From Raillietiella orientalis (Eukaryota), in NCBI GenBank assembly GCA_036172245.1, contig JAYWIR010000113.1, forward strand, positions 1 through 64,000: a DNA stretch of 64,000 bases. The letters are read 5' to 3'. This document shows positions 39,647 to 52,550 of the stretch, in pieces. The position numbers and the translations under genes are program-made. The first letter of the stretch is position 1, and each line of letters starts with the position of its first letter. The notes below the pieces were generated by a model, which ran no database searches, was not told where the DNA came from, and saw nothing but the letters and a program-made list of their open reading frames with translations.

Positions 39647-42242
39647 CGAGCCGACATGTCTTTTAACTGCTCCCGAATTCCGATTTCCGGTGATGTTTTG
39701 TGTGGTATGGGTGGAGGATTAGGCAGCAATGCCTGATTCCACCACCGGTGAGATTCTGGGGGCGATGACCCCATTGTCCCCGGAGGAGATGGAAGTGGGG
39801 GATCTTGCACCCAGTGATGCGCCCCCGTCCCCAGCCAGGGCTTGGAACGCCGTGGCTGCCGCGCTCACGCCGGCGGCTGTGGCGGAGATGCGGGCCTACC
39901 TGGAAGAGGGGTACAACCCACCCCTTCTATACAAGGTAGGCGGTTTATATTCTCCCGAGAATGCGCGCGCCTTCTCGCGGGAGATGCGCGCTATCGACGT
40001 AAGAAAGGGGTATCTTCTGGCAATGTCCGTCAGAAGCTGGGGACAATTCGCAGATGTAATCTGCAAGGAGGCAACTCTGGCGCAGAGGCATCTGCGAACC
40101 CCCGAAATGATGGGCAGCCGGAGGCTTCTTCCAATAACGGAACAGAGGTCGGTGATCATTCACTTGACCGGTATCACGTTAAGGATGACCAAGGAGGCCG
40201 TCCGGAACGAAATAAATAAATTTTGCGATCGTCAACGCACTGTGAGGGAAGCCAAACTTGTTTGCTCAATGCGACGGGTTTCTTGGCGGCCTGGGTGCAG
40301 CGCGAGTGGCGGTTCGCGAGGGATGTGAGTTTCCCCACAAACTCACCGTCAACGGTGAATCCGTTGACGTGTGGTACGTGGGGAAATCCAAGTTTTGCGG
40401 CTGCTGCAGCAGCTTTGGTCACCTATAAATGAGCTGTCCGAGCGTGCAGTGCGAGCAATGAAACAAGAGGGGCACACCCGTCTGGTGTGCCCCCAAAACA
40501 CAGTCCGCGTCGTGTCCGCGAAAAACACGAGAAAGCGCGAGGCAAAAAAGAGAAAGAAGCTGGCAGCTCGTGCTGCTGCTAAGGAGGTCACCTCCGCCAC
40601 CAAGGCGAAGGCCAGCCCCGAGACCCCGGCGAAAAACGCCGAAGAGGTCGAGGGCGAGGGTCAAGAGCCAGGGTGGCAGAAGGTGGACCCCAAGAAAAAC
40701 TCCCAGAAGAAGGGTAACAACGTGGAAGAACGGAGCAAAATTTATCCGCGCCGCGAAAAAATTAAAAGCTGCTGCGTCTTCGTAGAGCGGATTCATGCCA
40801 TCGACGAATGCGGCGCTAAAGAACTCGCTGCTGCCTCTGCTGAACCCTCTGTTGACAAAGTCAACAAGGAGGAAAGCGAGGCGGCGGTGTCCGTCATCGA
40901 GCCCACGCTCGATCACGTCGTCTTCAAGCGCGCCGCGGAGGAGCTGGCTGCCTCGTTGTAGCCTGCCGCCCATAAGGCTGGCAAGAAGGCCGTCAGGCGT
41001 TCAGTTTCCCCTCAGCAGTCGGCCACTTCCGACCCCTAGGTGAAGGCCGGAAACACAGCATCCATCTCCGCGGCACCCCGCAAAAACGCCGGACGAAAGT
41101 CTACAATGCCCCAGGAGATCGTCTTCCCCGACGAAGGGGAACAGATGGCTTCCGGTAGCGAGGGTGCCATGAGCGTGGGAAACTCCCGGGACCCGTCGCC
41201 CAAGAAAATTCCACGCTCGGACACGGATGGAATGGAGGGGATGGAGGCCGAACAGGTACTAAATGTGCCTGCAGAGGCCTCCGTCCTCGTTCTGATGGTC
41301 CTCGTACCGATGGACCTTACCCCACCTACGCCTCGACGCCACTTTCCCAGCCATAATTATGGGAATCGCCTCTCGCCGTCGTCTGCTGATCGCCTGTTAG
41401 AACGTCAACGGGCTAAGCGACGACGGCAATAGGCGTAACGTGGCTGCCACCCTGGCATCCTTTGACCCGGTGCAGCTGCAGGAGATCCACGTGAACGCCG
41501 CAGATCAAGCCCGGGAGATCGAACGGATCTAGGGTGTGCGGCTGTTGTGGCATTGCGGCACCGCGAAGTCAAGCGGTGTCGCCTTTCTGCTTCGGCCAGC
41601 CATCGAGACCGCTATAAAGGACGTTCGGTTCGATGACGCCGGTCGCGTCGGTCAAATGACTCTCAGCTGGTCCGACTATATCGTCCTGGTCGTCACCAAC
41701 CTATACGCTCCTAGCGCAAACTCTGCGTTGAGGGCGAAGGCAAGAAGGGAGTTCTAACTTGACCTGAGGCGCGATTGGCTGACCGATGCAGAAGTTCGAA
41801 AAGCGCACCTGATCGCAGGTAATTTCAACCTGCGCCTGCTTTCAGGTGTGCCAAATACACTGAACGACCGCGTCAACGAGTTGTGCGCAGAAATGAACAC
41901 GCGCAACTTGTTGGCCGGGGATACGGCCATGGAAAGCAGCATCGATTACGTGTACCTTGATCAGCGCCTATGCCTCGGGTGGACGGGCGCGGCAAGGTAC
42001 CATCCGAGCTGTCGGACCATGGTCAGATCATGTTCGAGATGCGTCCGCGCGACAAGAACGCCCCCTTGTCAGCGTGGCGTCTGCCAGGGGACTGCATGAA
42101 GTTTCCCGACGCGGCGGAAAACCTCCACGCGTTTATTCGGAGCGTCAGCGTGCAGACACTTCAAAACTGGCAGCGCTTGAAGCGGTCGTTTCAGGAGTTC
42201 TACGACCAGTTCCCTCTGCATCGCCTACCTGCTGGATTTGAA
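39647..42242 (+). mobile_element. Element 5' part (probably family beta): ORF1 and endonuclease, cut at LPAGF
   Basis: ORF1 from 39729 (SPEEMEV, YNPPLLYKV); ORF2 ATG 41359; GNFN, SDH. Confidence 0.85.
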
Positions 42243-45200
42243 GCTGCCACCCGGGTACGCCCGGTGCGTTTATTTTCAGAAACTCCTTAAAACGTGGTAC
42301 AAGGCCCCACTAACGGCCACACAACACAGGACCTGTCGGAGCGCCGGGGCCAGCCCGGCGTGACGCTCCTCCACAGTGGAAGGGGATGGGGATGAAAACA
42401 AAAACAAAAATAAGGATGAGAAAAAAAAACCAAAAGAGTTTGTGGGGAGGACAAGGGATCACATTCCAATGGGAGGAGAGCCCATCCTTCGCAAGATGCT
42501 CTCCAGGTCCCTCTTCATGCTTCGCAGATGAGGCCATGTCGCAGCTTTCCGCATGAAGCAGACCGTATACGGGATGACATCCCTCGCGTTGGCATCCACT
42601 CCTTCGTCGCGAATGTCGCTCCAGGCCGCCACGATGCCCCGGATGCAGCGGCGGTCTCCGAGGGGTGCGGCGGGCTGGAGAGCGTTCCGCACGAAGAGGG
42701 ACTGAAGAACGTCTCTGTGCGCGGCGCTTATTGGGAGGACGAGGGTCGTCATGAGCCGTTCCCACAGGGTTCGGAGGGCAGCACAGTCAACAAGTAGGTG
42801 TGGGAGCGATTCCCGCTCTCCACACCTTGCACACTAAAGCCTTACACTTTTCCGCGTCCAGTGGAAGCGGCGCACGTTGCAGGGTACACCCCAGTGCAAC
42901 AGCAGCAGCGCCGACAGTTGCCACATCAGGGGGAGAAGCCTGGATCCGATTAATATTGGGAGCCACTTCAGGTTAACCGTCGGGATGTCGAGCAGCTCGC
43001 CCCATCAACGAAGTCCGAGCGGGAGAACACTCGAAGTCGTGGCGTCTACCAGTTCTCCCATGGTCCAACCGCTCCTCTTCTTTTCCTTGCCTGCGATTCG
43101 GCAGGAGACTTGCCACTTTGTCTTGCAACCGCTGATTAGTGCCCTTCGTAGGAAGAGCAGGGTCGAAGCTAGAGGGGTAGTCTCCGCCCACGTGCTCCTG
43201 GAGGGACACTCTAGAGTAGTCCGCAATGTGCAGCAGGCGTTGGGGCGGAATCGTGGGCGGTTCCAGTCCGGGGAAGTCTGGAGGTTCGGCTTGGCCCACG
43301 TCGCAACGGCTTTTTCCATTTAAGCGGAGGAGTTGGCAAGGCTGCATACCGTCGAGCCGTTGTCTCTCACCATTGCTTCCATGCGCCCAAGGAAAAGGCC
43401 GCATCTTCTGAGCTTCCTGCCAGAGCACAGATGGTACGACGCGAGTCCTTGCGTCCTGGACACACGGCTGGCGAAGATGCGGGCCGGAACGCACCAAGGG
43501 GTGCTCTATGACTTTGCTGCGATAGGGAGGGTGCGCCATCACAGCTGTATGTCCAGGCGCTCCAGCGTCATGAGGCCGAGACCGCCGTCCCGACGAGGAT
43601 CACATAAGTCATCTTGAGGCACAGGTGGCCCTTTTCGCAGCCCAAGTGTCCATTCCCAACGCAGCTGGCGGCTTCAAAGTGGGATTGCCAATCTATCCGT
43701 TAGTGTTGTTTAGACAGCGCTTCACATGGAAGCATTTGCTCGCGAAGAACAAGTTGAAATCCATACTTCGCACGGGAACAGCGTATGTGTGGTCCGGGCT
43801 AATTATGGAGTCTGCCACCTGTCATAGTCGCAAAGCCCACAGTCCAGCGATCAGCGTGGCGTTCGTATTTACAATTGTGATCGGACGCCAGTTGCCTAGG
43901 AATCTTAGGTCTCCTCCCTTCGGGAGGAGCCTCACACGGGCTGACCGAAACGAGGCGGGTAGGTTGCCTTCGTCTCGGATCAGCCCGGCAAACTGACGCA
44001 CCAGAGGGGCAAGCTCTGTCGCGAAGCTTCGAAAAAATTCTTCAGGCAGGCCGTCCTCCCCTGGCGCCTTACGACTCTTGAGCCTTTTAATACCGGCGAG
44101 AATTTCCATGGTAGAAAAAGGCTCGTCGAGGCTGATCCTCTCCTCCTCCTTTATTGCCCTGGCTCCGTCCGGAAGCAGGCGCCGCGATGCGTCCCGCTTT
44201 GGGGTTGCCCTAACGTAGTGGGAGGAATAATAATGCCGCACGAGGTGCCTGATCGCGGGTGGCGCCGTTCGCTTTCAGCCCTGGTCGTCCAGCAAGCTGG
44301 CCGACCCGGATTTTCAGGCTTGGCGCTCGGCCCCGGCTCGATATTCTGCCGGGCGACGGACATTGGGGGTCCTCTCGTAACGGAGGGCCTGTAAATAGGC
44401 CATATGATTCCGAGCTTCTTCCCAAAATTCGGGTGGTAGGCGGTGCAGGGGGAACTCCTCGCAGAACTCACGGACCGAGGCCTTGAAGAGGTCCCAATCT
44501 GTGTGACTGCGGAGGGAGACGCCTCTCAGGAATTCGCGAAGGTGCTTCTTCGCACCTGAGAGCCGCGTCCAGTCCCCAGGCAGCCGCCACGCCGTGGACG
44601 GGGGTCCTTTGTGGCTTCGGCAATCCTCGGCGATTATCCTGGAATGGTCCGACAGCGTCGACGCAACTTTCCCCCGTTTGCGGACCCGTGAGCACAGGTC
44701 GGAACCAGGAAGAAGTGGTCGATGCTGCGGTACATTCTTCCGCGTCCGCCAACAAGTTGCGCTTGCGCATGGCAGCGCACATCTCCTTGACCGTGCGTTC
44801 CTGTGCTTCGGGCTCACCTGGCAGCAGACGTAGATTAAAGTCTCCAGCTATCAGGTGTGCCTTCCGCGTATTCGTGTCGGCCAGCAAATCGCTCTCCAGG
44901 GTCTCCAGCAACCTGTTACGGTCGCTGTATCCCCCTTTACCGCTTAAGGCATACACGTTCTTGACGATCATTTCGATCGAGTCGGACCAGCTGAGATTCA
45001 GCTGACCGACCCAACCGGCGTCATCAAAGCGTACGCCCTTCAAGGCAGCGTCGATAGCCGGCTTCACGAAAAACGCGACCCCACAGGTGTTGCGAACGCC
45101 GCATCGCCAATACAGTCGACCTCCCGCGATCGTTTCGATCCCCTGGACGTCTGCCGAGGTGATCACGTGGATCTCCTGCAGCAGGGCCAGGTCGAACTCA

Positions 45201-47274
45201 CGCAGGGTGTCGGCCGTATCTCGTTTGTTGCCGTCGTCGCGCAGCCCGTTGACGTTGCAACTGGCCACGCGGATTCGAAGGCGACAGGCGAGCCCAGGTG
45301 CTATTCCTGAGAAATGGGCTCTGCAACGTCCGCCACCTGTTGAGGCGGGACGTTAGGTGGAGTAGGAGGGACAGGTGCCTCGAGCACCTGGTCCCCCTCC
45401 TCCATCGGTGAAGGCGCGTCGGGCGGGTCACCCTCAGGTGGGGTCTCGCCTTCCTGTTGACCCTCCTCCATAGGGGTGGGCTGTGCAGGATCCGCGACGG
45501 CAAGGGGGACTTGTTTCCCTTGCTATCCCTCCTCTATGGAGGTGGCCGGTTCGACGGCTTTTGAGCGTGGGAATCCCGGAGGGAGAACTCCCGGATTCCC
45601 ACGCTGCAGCTTCCTTCCGGCTTCTCCTCCTCGCTGGTGGAGAAAAGGCTCCTCCTGGGTTTCTGGGACTTGCTCCCCGACTTCCCCGTTGGTGCCTCCG
45701 AGGAAAAGGATGCACTTCCGGCCCCCAGGTCGCCCTTACCTGCGGGGGCCTTCTTCGTCGGTGCCGGCCTGAGTACGCCCTTGCGCGACAGAGTTTCGCG
45801 TTCGGAGAGCGTTGTAGCGATCTCCTCCGCCGCTTTTCCCAACGCGGCGTCTTCGCCAGCGGCGACCGTTGCCGCGGGCTGCTCCACGACCTGATCGAGC
45901 GCGGCGTCATCACTGACGGACAACGTATTGCGGGCTCCTCCGCTACTTTATCGAGCGCGGCGTCCTGGCTGTCGGCGCAAGAGTCTCGCGTCTCACCCTC
46001 TAAACGTAGATTGCGCTCGTCTACGCGAGTATCCAGCGCGTCCGCATCAGCTGTTCTGTGAACATTGCCCCGGGCGGCCTCAGCAAGAACTGCTAAGCGT
46101 TTTAATGCCACCGAGCATTCGCGGAGTTGTTTTTTTGAAAGCGGCGCGGCTTTTTTCTTTTTGCCTGCAGTTTTCTTCTCCGACTTTTCTTCAGCCATCA
46201 TTTTGATTTTTTCTTTTCTGGCCTGAACGAGCTGCCAACCCTCCTCCAATCCCGCGTCCACGGGAGCTCTTTGCTCCTACGCCTGTGCGGGAGGAAGGGA
46301 GGCTGGCAGTTGGGAACGGCCATTTTCGCGAACTGGTCTTTCTACCAGCTTTCCACGTTTTCACTGCGCCTTTTTAGCGGCAGTGGGCACCGGGCTGGGG
46401 CTTTTGGGGCACAAGGACCGAACGTGACACTTTTCTCCGCATAGGTGGCACACAATGTTCGGGCACCTTTTTCGTAGATGACCAACTGCATTGCAGTAGC
46501 CTCAAAATTATGGTTGCCCCACGCACCAGAGATCCAACGCTTCTTGGTAGACCTCCAGCTTGTGGGGAAGCGCACCACTCTCTTTTCCGGTGACTCGTGC
46601 CGCAGCTTGACCCCCGAAAAGGCTATTGTATCCTTGGAAAATCGTGGGCTTTGGCCAAAACGCGTGCACTTCTGCGTGCTTCCGCCACTGATCACCAACC
46701 GTTGACCTAATCATGCGACTGGAGATCCCAGTGAGATGGAACACTACCGAGCTGTCCATCGTCATCGGCAAGATCTTCCGACCATCAACGATCAGCGGGC
46801 CGGTCATCATGCGTTGGGCCAAGGTGATATCTTTGCATAGCACCTCGACTCGCTGCCCGACGCTGAGGACGAAAAGGCCGTCAAGATCTTGTAAGAAGGT
46901 ATTGGCGTTCTGCAGCGCCTTCGTGAAGGCGCGTGAAGTTCGCCCATCGAAAAGGTTGCCTATCTTATAGACTAGCGAGGGTTTATACCTTGCTTTCTTG
47001 AAGGCTCCCATCTCGGTAATGGCTTCAACCCTAGGCGAGGCCACCATGGCGCTCCATGACCTCAGCTTCGCCGAAGATGATTCCGGGGCCGATTCACCTG
47101 ATCCAGTGGGCTGTGGGGACAAACAAGCATCCCCTACGCCTACTTCCATCGCGGTGTCCTCTGGCAACTCGGCCATAGGACGCCGACGGTGTGAACGCAC
47201 AAACCACTCAAGGAAAAACCACTGCCCTTGCCGCGCAGCCGGAGCGCAGGAAAAGCACGTACTCTCTCCACAAA
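42243..47274 (-). mobile_element. Family gamma element with internal deletion of the RT core near 43620
   Basis: ORF1 46508-47293; EN 44468-45268; NWRPI; the KAFD-YADD segment is missing; 3' hairpin at 42247-42274. Confidence 0.9.
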
Positions 47275-47284
47275 GGGGATTTTG

Positions 47285-50228
47285 TTTTGCCACCTGGGTA
47301 CGCCCGAAGCGTTTATAAATAAATCTCTACAATTGCAGTACCAGGTCCCGCTCGCGGCCTTATGCACGGGACCTACCGGGACACCGGGATGATGCCAGGC
47401 GTGGCACTCCCCGGCAGCGAAAGAGGATGGGGAAAAAAAAAAAAGAAAAAAAAGAAGTAAAAATAAAAACACAAACAAACAAAAGAGGTTGGAAGGCATG
47501 GAAGGGATCACTGTTCACTGATAGTGAAGCCCATCCGTTGAAGGAAGCCCTCGAGGTCCATCCGTCTATTCTTTAGTTGGGGCCATCCAGCAGCTCTCCG
47601 CAAGAAGCGTTGGGCATATGGGATGACATCCCTCGCGTGTTGACCCACTCCTTCCTTGTTGGTGTCGCTCCATGCCGCCACAATGCCTCGGACGCAGGAC
47701 AAGGCTGCAAGGGCTGCGGCTGGCTGAAGGGCGTCATTCACGAAGAGGGGTCGAAGAACGTCTTTAGGGGAACTGCCCGTAGGTTGACCGAGGGTCGTCC
47801 CAAATCGTTCCCAAAGGGGACGGAGGGCAGCACAGTACACAATAAGGTGAGAGAGCGATTACCGCTCTCCGCACCTGACACACACAGAATCCACAACTCC
47901 TCCTGTCCAGTGTTAGCGGCGTGCGTTGCAGGGTACACCCCAATACAACAACAGCAACGCCGACTCTTTCCACTCCAGGGGCAGGATCCTGGATTCCTGA
48001 ATAAGCGGGTGATACTTCAGCACATCCGTAGGGATGGCCAGCAGCTCGCCATATCTTCTCAGTCAACGAGGCTGAACCCTCGGGGTCGTGGCGTCCGCGA
48101 GTTGACCCATGGTCCAGCCGCTCATTCTCTTCTCCCGTCCCTCGATGCAGCAGAAGACTTGCCACCTTGGAGTCCGACTGCTGTAAAGCGAACTCCTCAG
48201 GAAAGGCAGCTCCGTAGCCAGGAAGTTTGTCTCTGTCCACGTGCTTCTAGCTGGATTCTCCAGGAGATTCCTCAGTGCAGCGAGCGTAGGGGCGCATCGG
48301 AGACGATTCCACGTTACGTGGCTTCTCTGGTTCACCAATGCTCACGTTCCAATATTTTCCTCCAGCCAGGCGGGAGAGTTGGCGGGGCAGCAAACCATCC
48401 AGCTGTTCTCCATGGCCAACGATGCCATGCGCCCGAGCTGTAGGCCAGCACTTCTGATCTTCCGGCCCGGGCACAGAAGAAAAGAAGCGAGTCCCTCGCA
48501 CCGGGACACACGACTGGCGAGGAATCGAGCCGGAATGCATCACGGGGTGCTCGACATCTTCGATGCGATGGCGAGGGTACGCCATCGCAAAAGTTTCTTC
48601 ACGCGCTTCAGCGTCAGGAGGTAAGTTCACCGTCACGACGAGGAACGCAAACGTCCTTCAAAAAGAATCCGGACCTCCCCTAGCCCCAAAGGGCGATGCG
48701 CAGGAGGTCCTTCGTCCTCTTTTTAACTACTCCTGGAGCAAGGCAAACAAAAAGCATGGGGCGGAGAATGGGAACCGCAAAGGCGTTCCAAACCGCGGCC
48801 CGTTCCCGCAAGTGAAACTTGCCTTCCAGGAACATGCCGATCGCCGTCTCGACTTTTTGGAGGCAGCTGGACCACGCTTCTGCACGGTAGATGTCCTTCA
48901 ACGGAACACCAAGTTACCTGAAGCACCTCGCCGTGGGAATCCCCAAACGGGCACAGTCTTTCTGCCCTGCCCAGACCGCTCCAACTGGCACCACCGACGA
49001 CTTCACCCTGTTAAACTGTAATCCGGCCCCACGGCTAAGCAGGTCGAAGAAATCTCCGACCGCCTTCGCCAAGGTGGACATAGGTAAGAGAAGCAGAAGA
49101 TCGTCGGCATACGCCGCTACAGCTGGCGTGCCGAAACACGAGCTCGGCTAGGGGGTTAAATTAACCCTGTGCGCTCTCAGCACAAACTAAGCGTAGGTGC
49201 TAAAGGGCAGGGGGCTGAGGCTGTCGCCCTTTCTTATGCCACGCCGCACCGGCACGCCATACACCTTTTGACCACTGAAAGTAATCGAGATTATCTCGTT
49301 CCTCCAGCAAGAGTGCAGGTAGGTAATCAAGGAGGGTAGGAAGCCCATGCGACCCAGGAGCTCCAAGAGGTGTTCCTAGTCAAAACATTGGAATGCCCTA
49401 TGGAGGTCGACTGCATTCGCTAAGGCCCCCTTTCCTGCATGAGGGTCCCTACTTTGTCCCACTGACGGCCCCAAAGTTGGATTGCAAATTTTCCCTTTCC
49501 CTTCTTTCTTACTCCTCTGCGTGTGCATCCATGTGCTCGCGAAGAAGAGGTTGGCCTCCATACTTCGCCCGTGAACATCGTAATTCTGCTCCGGGCTAAT
49601 TATGGAATTGGCCACCAGCCCCATATGCGAAATAAACAGTCTGGCAATTAGCTTGGCGTCCGCATTCACAATTGTGATCGGACGCCAGTTGCTGAGTTTC
49701 CTGAGGTCTCCTCCTTTCGAAAGGGGCCTCACACTGGCTGGCCGAAACGAGGTGGGTACATCGCCTTCATCTGGGTTAAGCCTTGTGAACTCAAGCACCA
49801 GGGGTGCCAACTCTGCCGCGGAGCATTGAAAAAACTCCGTGGGTAGGTCCTCCTCCCCTGTTGCTTCCCGCTTCTTGAGCTTTTTTATACCGGCGAGAAT
49901 TTCGCCGGGGGTAAAAGGCTCGTCGAGGCTTCTTTTCTCCTTCTCTTCTATTACCGATGCACCGTCCGGAAGCAAGCGCCGGGAAGTATCCTGGTCCCGG
50001 GGCGACCTGGCGTAAAGAGAAAAATAATAACGCCGCACGAGGTGACGTATTCTAGCCGCAGCGGAGTGCTCTCGGCCCTGGTCATCCAGCAAGCTTCCCG
50101 ACTTGGATTGCCAGGCTTGAGGTTCGGCCCCAACTCGGTACTGTGCCAGGCGACGGACATTGGTGGTCCTGGCGTAACGACGGGCATACAAGTACGCTCG
50201 TTCGTTACGGACCACCGCGCCGCATCCC
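47285..50228 (-). mobile_element. Family delta element, 3' part (linker, RT, zf, 3' UTR)
   Basis: ORF 49376-50215 (NWRPI, DLHRAF), YADD near 49100; UTR ends ataaacgcttcgggcgtacccaggtggcaaaa. Confidence 0.88.
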
Positions 50229-52550
50229 GTGGCGAGCGGACGTGTTTTTCCTTCGCTCCCGAGTGAGTCGACAGGAAGCGGTTTTTTCTATTGTTGTTTG
50301 GTGTGGAACATCGTTGGTGTCCGATGGCAGCGATGCCTGAGGACACCACGATGGAGGTAGGTGTGGGGGAGGCTTGCCCACCCCCACAGCCTACAGAATC
50401 AGGGGCGTCCGCCCCGGAATCGCCCTCGCCGCTCAAGGCGAGGAGCTGGAGCGCCATGGTGGCCGCGCCGAGCGCGGAAACCATGGCCGAGATGGCAGCC
50501 TACCGGGCAGCTGGGTACAAGCCCAGCTTGGTATACCAGGTAGGCAATCTCTTTGACGGGCGAACTGCACGCGCTTTTTCGAAGTCGCTGCAGAACGGCA
50601 ACGTGTTAGAAAAGGATCTTGACGGTCTATCCGTGCTCAGCGGGGGTCAGCGCGTCGAGGTTGTCTGCAAGGACATCACCTTGGCGCAAAGCTTGATTAC
50701 CACCCCGCTGAACGTGGACGGACGCAAGATCCTACCAGTCACGATGGACCGCTCCGTAGTGGTACATCTGACTGGCATCACCAGCCGCATGACGCGGTCT
50801 GCGGTTGCGGATCAGATGAAAAAATACAGAGAAGTCCACGCGTTATGGCCTAGGGCCACAATCTCCGATGGCTACGATAGCCTTTCCGGAGGGAAGGCCT
50901 TCCCGCGTGTGACGGTGAAGAAGGATAGTGGGCTTCCCCACAAACTAGAGGTCAATGACGGAGTCGTAGAACTCTGGTACGTGGGGAAGACATGCTTTTC
51001 TGGCTAATGAAATGCAGTAGGCCATCTGCGCATGCGGTGCCCGAACATTGTGTGCCACTTATGCGGGGAGAAGAGCCACGTGCGCCGCGTATGCCCAAAA
51101 CGCCCCACCCCGGTGCCGCCTGTCGCAAAGAAAGCGCAGGCAAAACACGGAAAATTGTTCGAAAAACCAAAGAGAGATACTGGCCGGCAGCAGCCGCTAG
51201 CCCCGGTTTCTCCAACACAGGCGTCGAAAGAAAAACTACCGAAGACGTGGGAGTCCAGGAGAGCTGGCGGCTGGTTAAGGGCAGGAAGGAGAGAAAGGTG
51301 CCCCTCGCGGAACCCGCGAAAGCGGTAAAAAGGACAGCAGGCAAGGCGAAAAAACCTGGGCCGCGCGCCAAGTCCATGCGGGAATATACGTTGGCACTGG
51401 AACGCATAGCCGTTCCCGAGACTGCCAGCCGGAGAGACGAGCCTCCCCTCGCCGTTTCCGCCGCGCCCGAGGTTTGCGACGGCGAACCCTCTGTTTACAC
51501 ACAGGGTGAGCCGCGCGGAATAGCGACGGTCGAATTCGAGGACGCCGCGTTGGTGCAGGCGGCGGTGGAGCTCGCGGCCACTCTGGCCAAGCGTGAGTTC
51601 CCCTCGCGCAAGGCCGTGCAAAGGCCGGCTCCCGCGAAAAAGGCCCCTACAGATAAATTGGACCTGAAGGCCGGAAGCACAACCTCCTCCTCGGAAGCAC
51701 CTCCCTAGAAGTCAAGACGCAAGTACTAGAAGCCCAGAAGGCGCCCCCTCTCCACCAGCAAGGACTACAAGCAGGAAGGTAGCGGTAGCGTGGGAATCCC
51801 GGAAGGGGAACTCCCACGCTCGGAAGCCGTCGAGCCGGCCACCTCCATGGAGGAGGGTGAGCAGGGGGGCGAAGTCCTCCCTGCAGTCGCCGAGCCTGAA
51901 CAGCCCGCCCCCATAGAGGAGGGCCAACAGGTAGGCGCGACCCCACCTCAGGATTACGCGCTCGAAGCGCTCTTACCCATGGAGAAGGGGGACCAGGTGC
52001 ACGCAGCGCCTGACCCTCCTCCTCCACCTAGCGTCCCGCCCCAACAGGTGGCGGACGCCGCATCGCCATCTTCCCAGGAGTAACACCTGGGCTCGCCAGT
52101 CGCCGTCGGATTCGCGCCGCCTGTTGGAACGTCAACGGGCTGCGCAACGACGGTAACAGGCGAGATACGGCCGACACCCTGCGGGAGTTCGACCTGGCCC
52201 TTTTGCAGGAGATCCACGTGATCACCGCGGCGGACGTCCAGGAGATCGAAACGATCGCGGGGGATCGGCTGTACTGGCGATGCGGCCTCCGCAACAACTG
52301 CGGGGTCGCGTTCTTCGTGAAGCCGGCCATCGACGCTGCCGTGAAGGGCGTGCGCTTCGATGACGACTCTCGGGTCGGTCAGCTGACTCTCGGCTGGCCG
52401 ACTCGATCGATCTGATCGTCACGAATGTGTACGCCCCAACCGGTCAAAAGGGATACAGCAACCGTACCAAGCTGCTTGAATCCCTGAAGCGCGACTAACT
52501 GGCGAACACGAACGTGCGGAAGGCTCACCTGATTGTGGGAGATTTCAATC
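50229..52550 (+). mobile_element. Family gamma element, 5' part, cut at endonuclease GDFN
   Basis: ggacgtg at 50238; ORF1 ATG 50324 to TAA 52083; CWNVNG, LQEIH, IVGDFN. Confidence 0.88.
50238..50249 (+). promoter_or_regulatory. Putative internal promoter motif GGACGTGTTTT (DPE-like)
   Basis: Recurs within about 15 nt of the 5' end of several elements (8465 minus, 22126, 39652 decayed, about 47262 minus, 52557). Confidence 0.55.
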
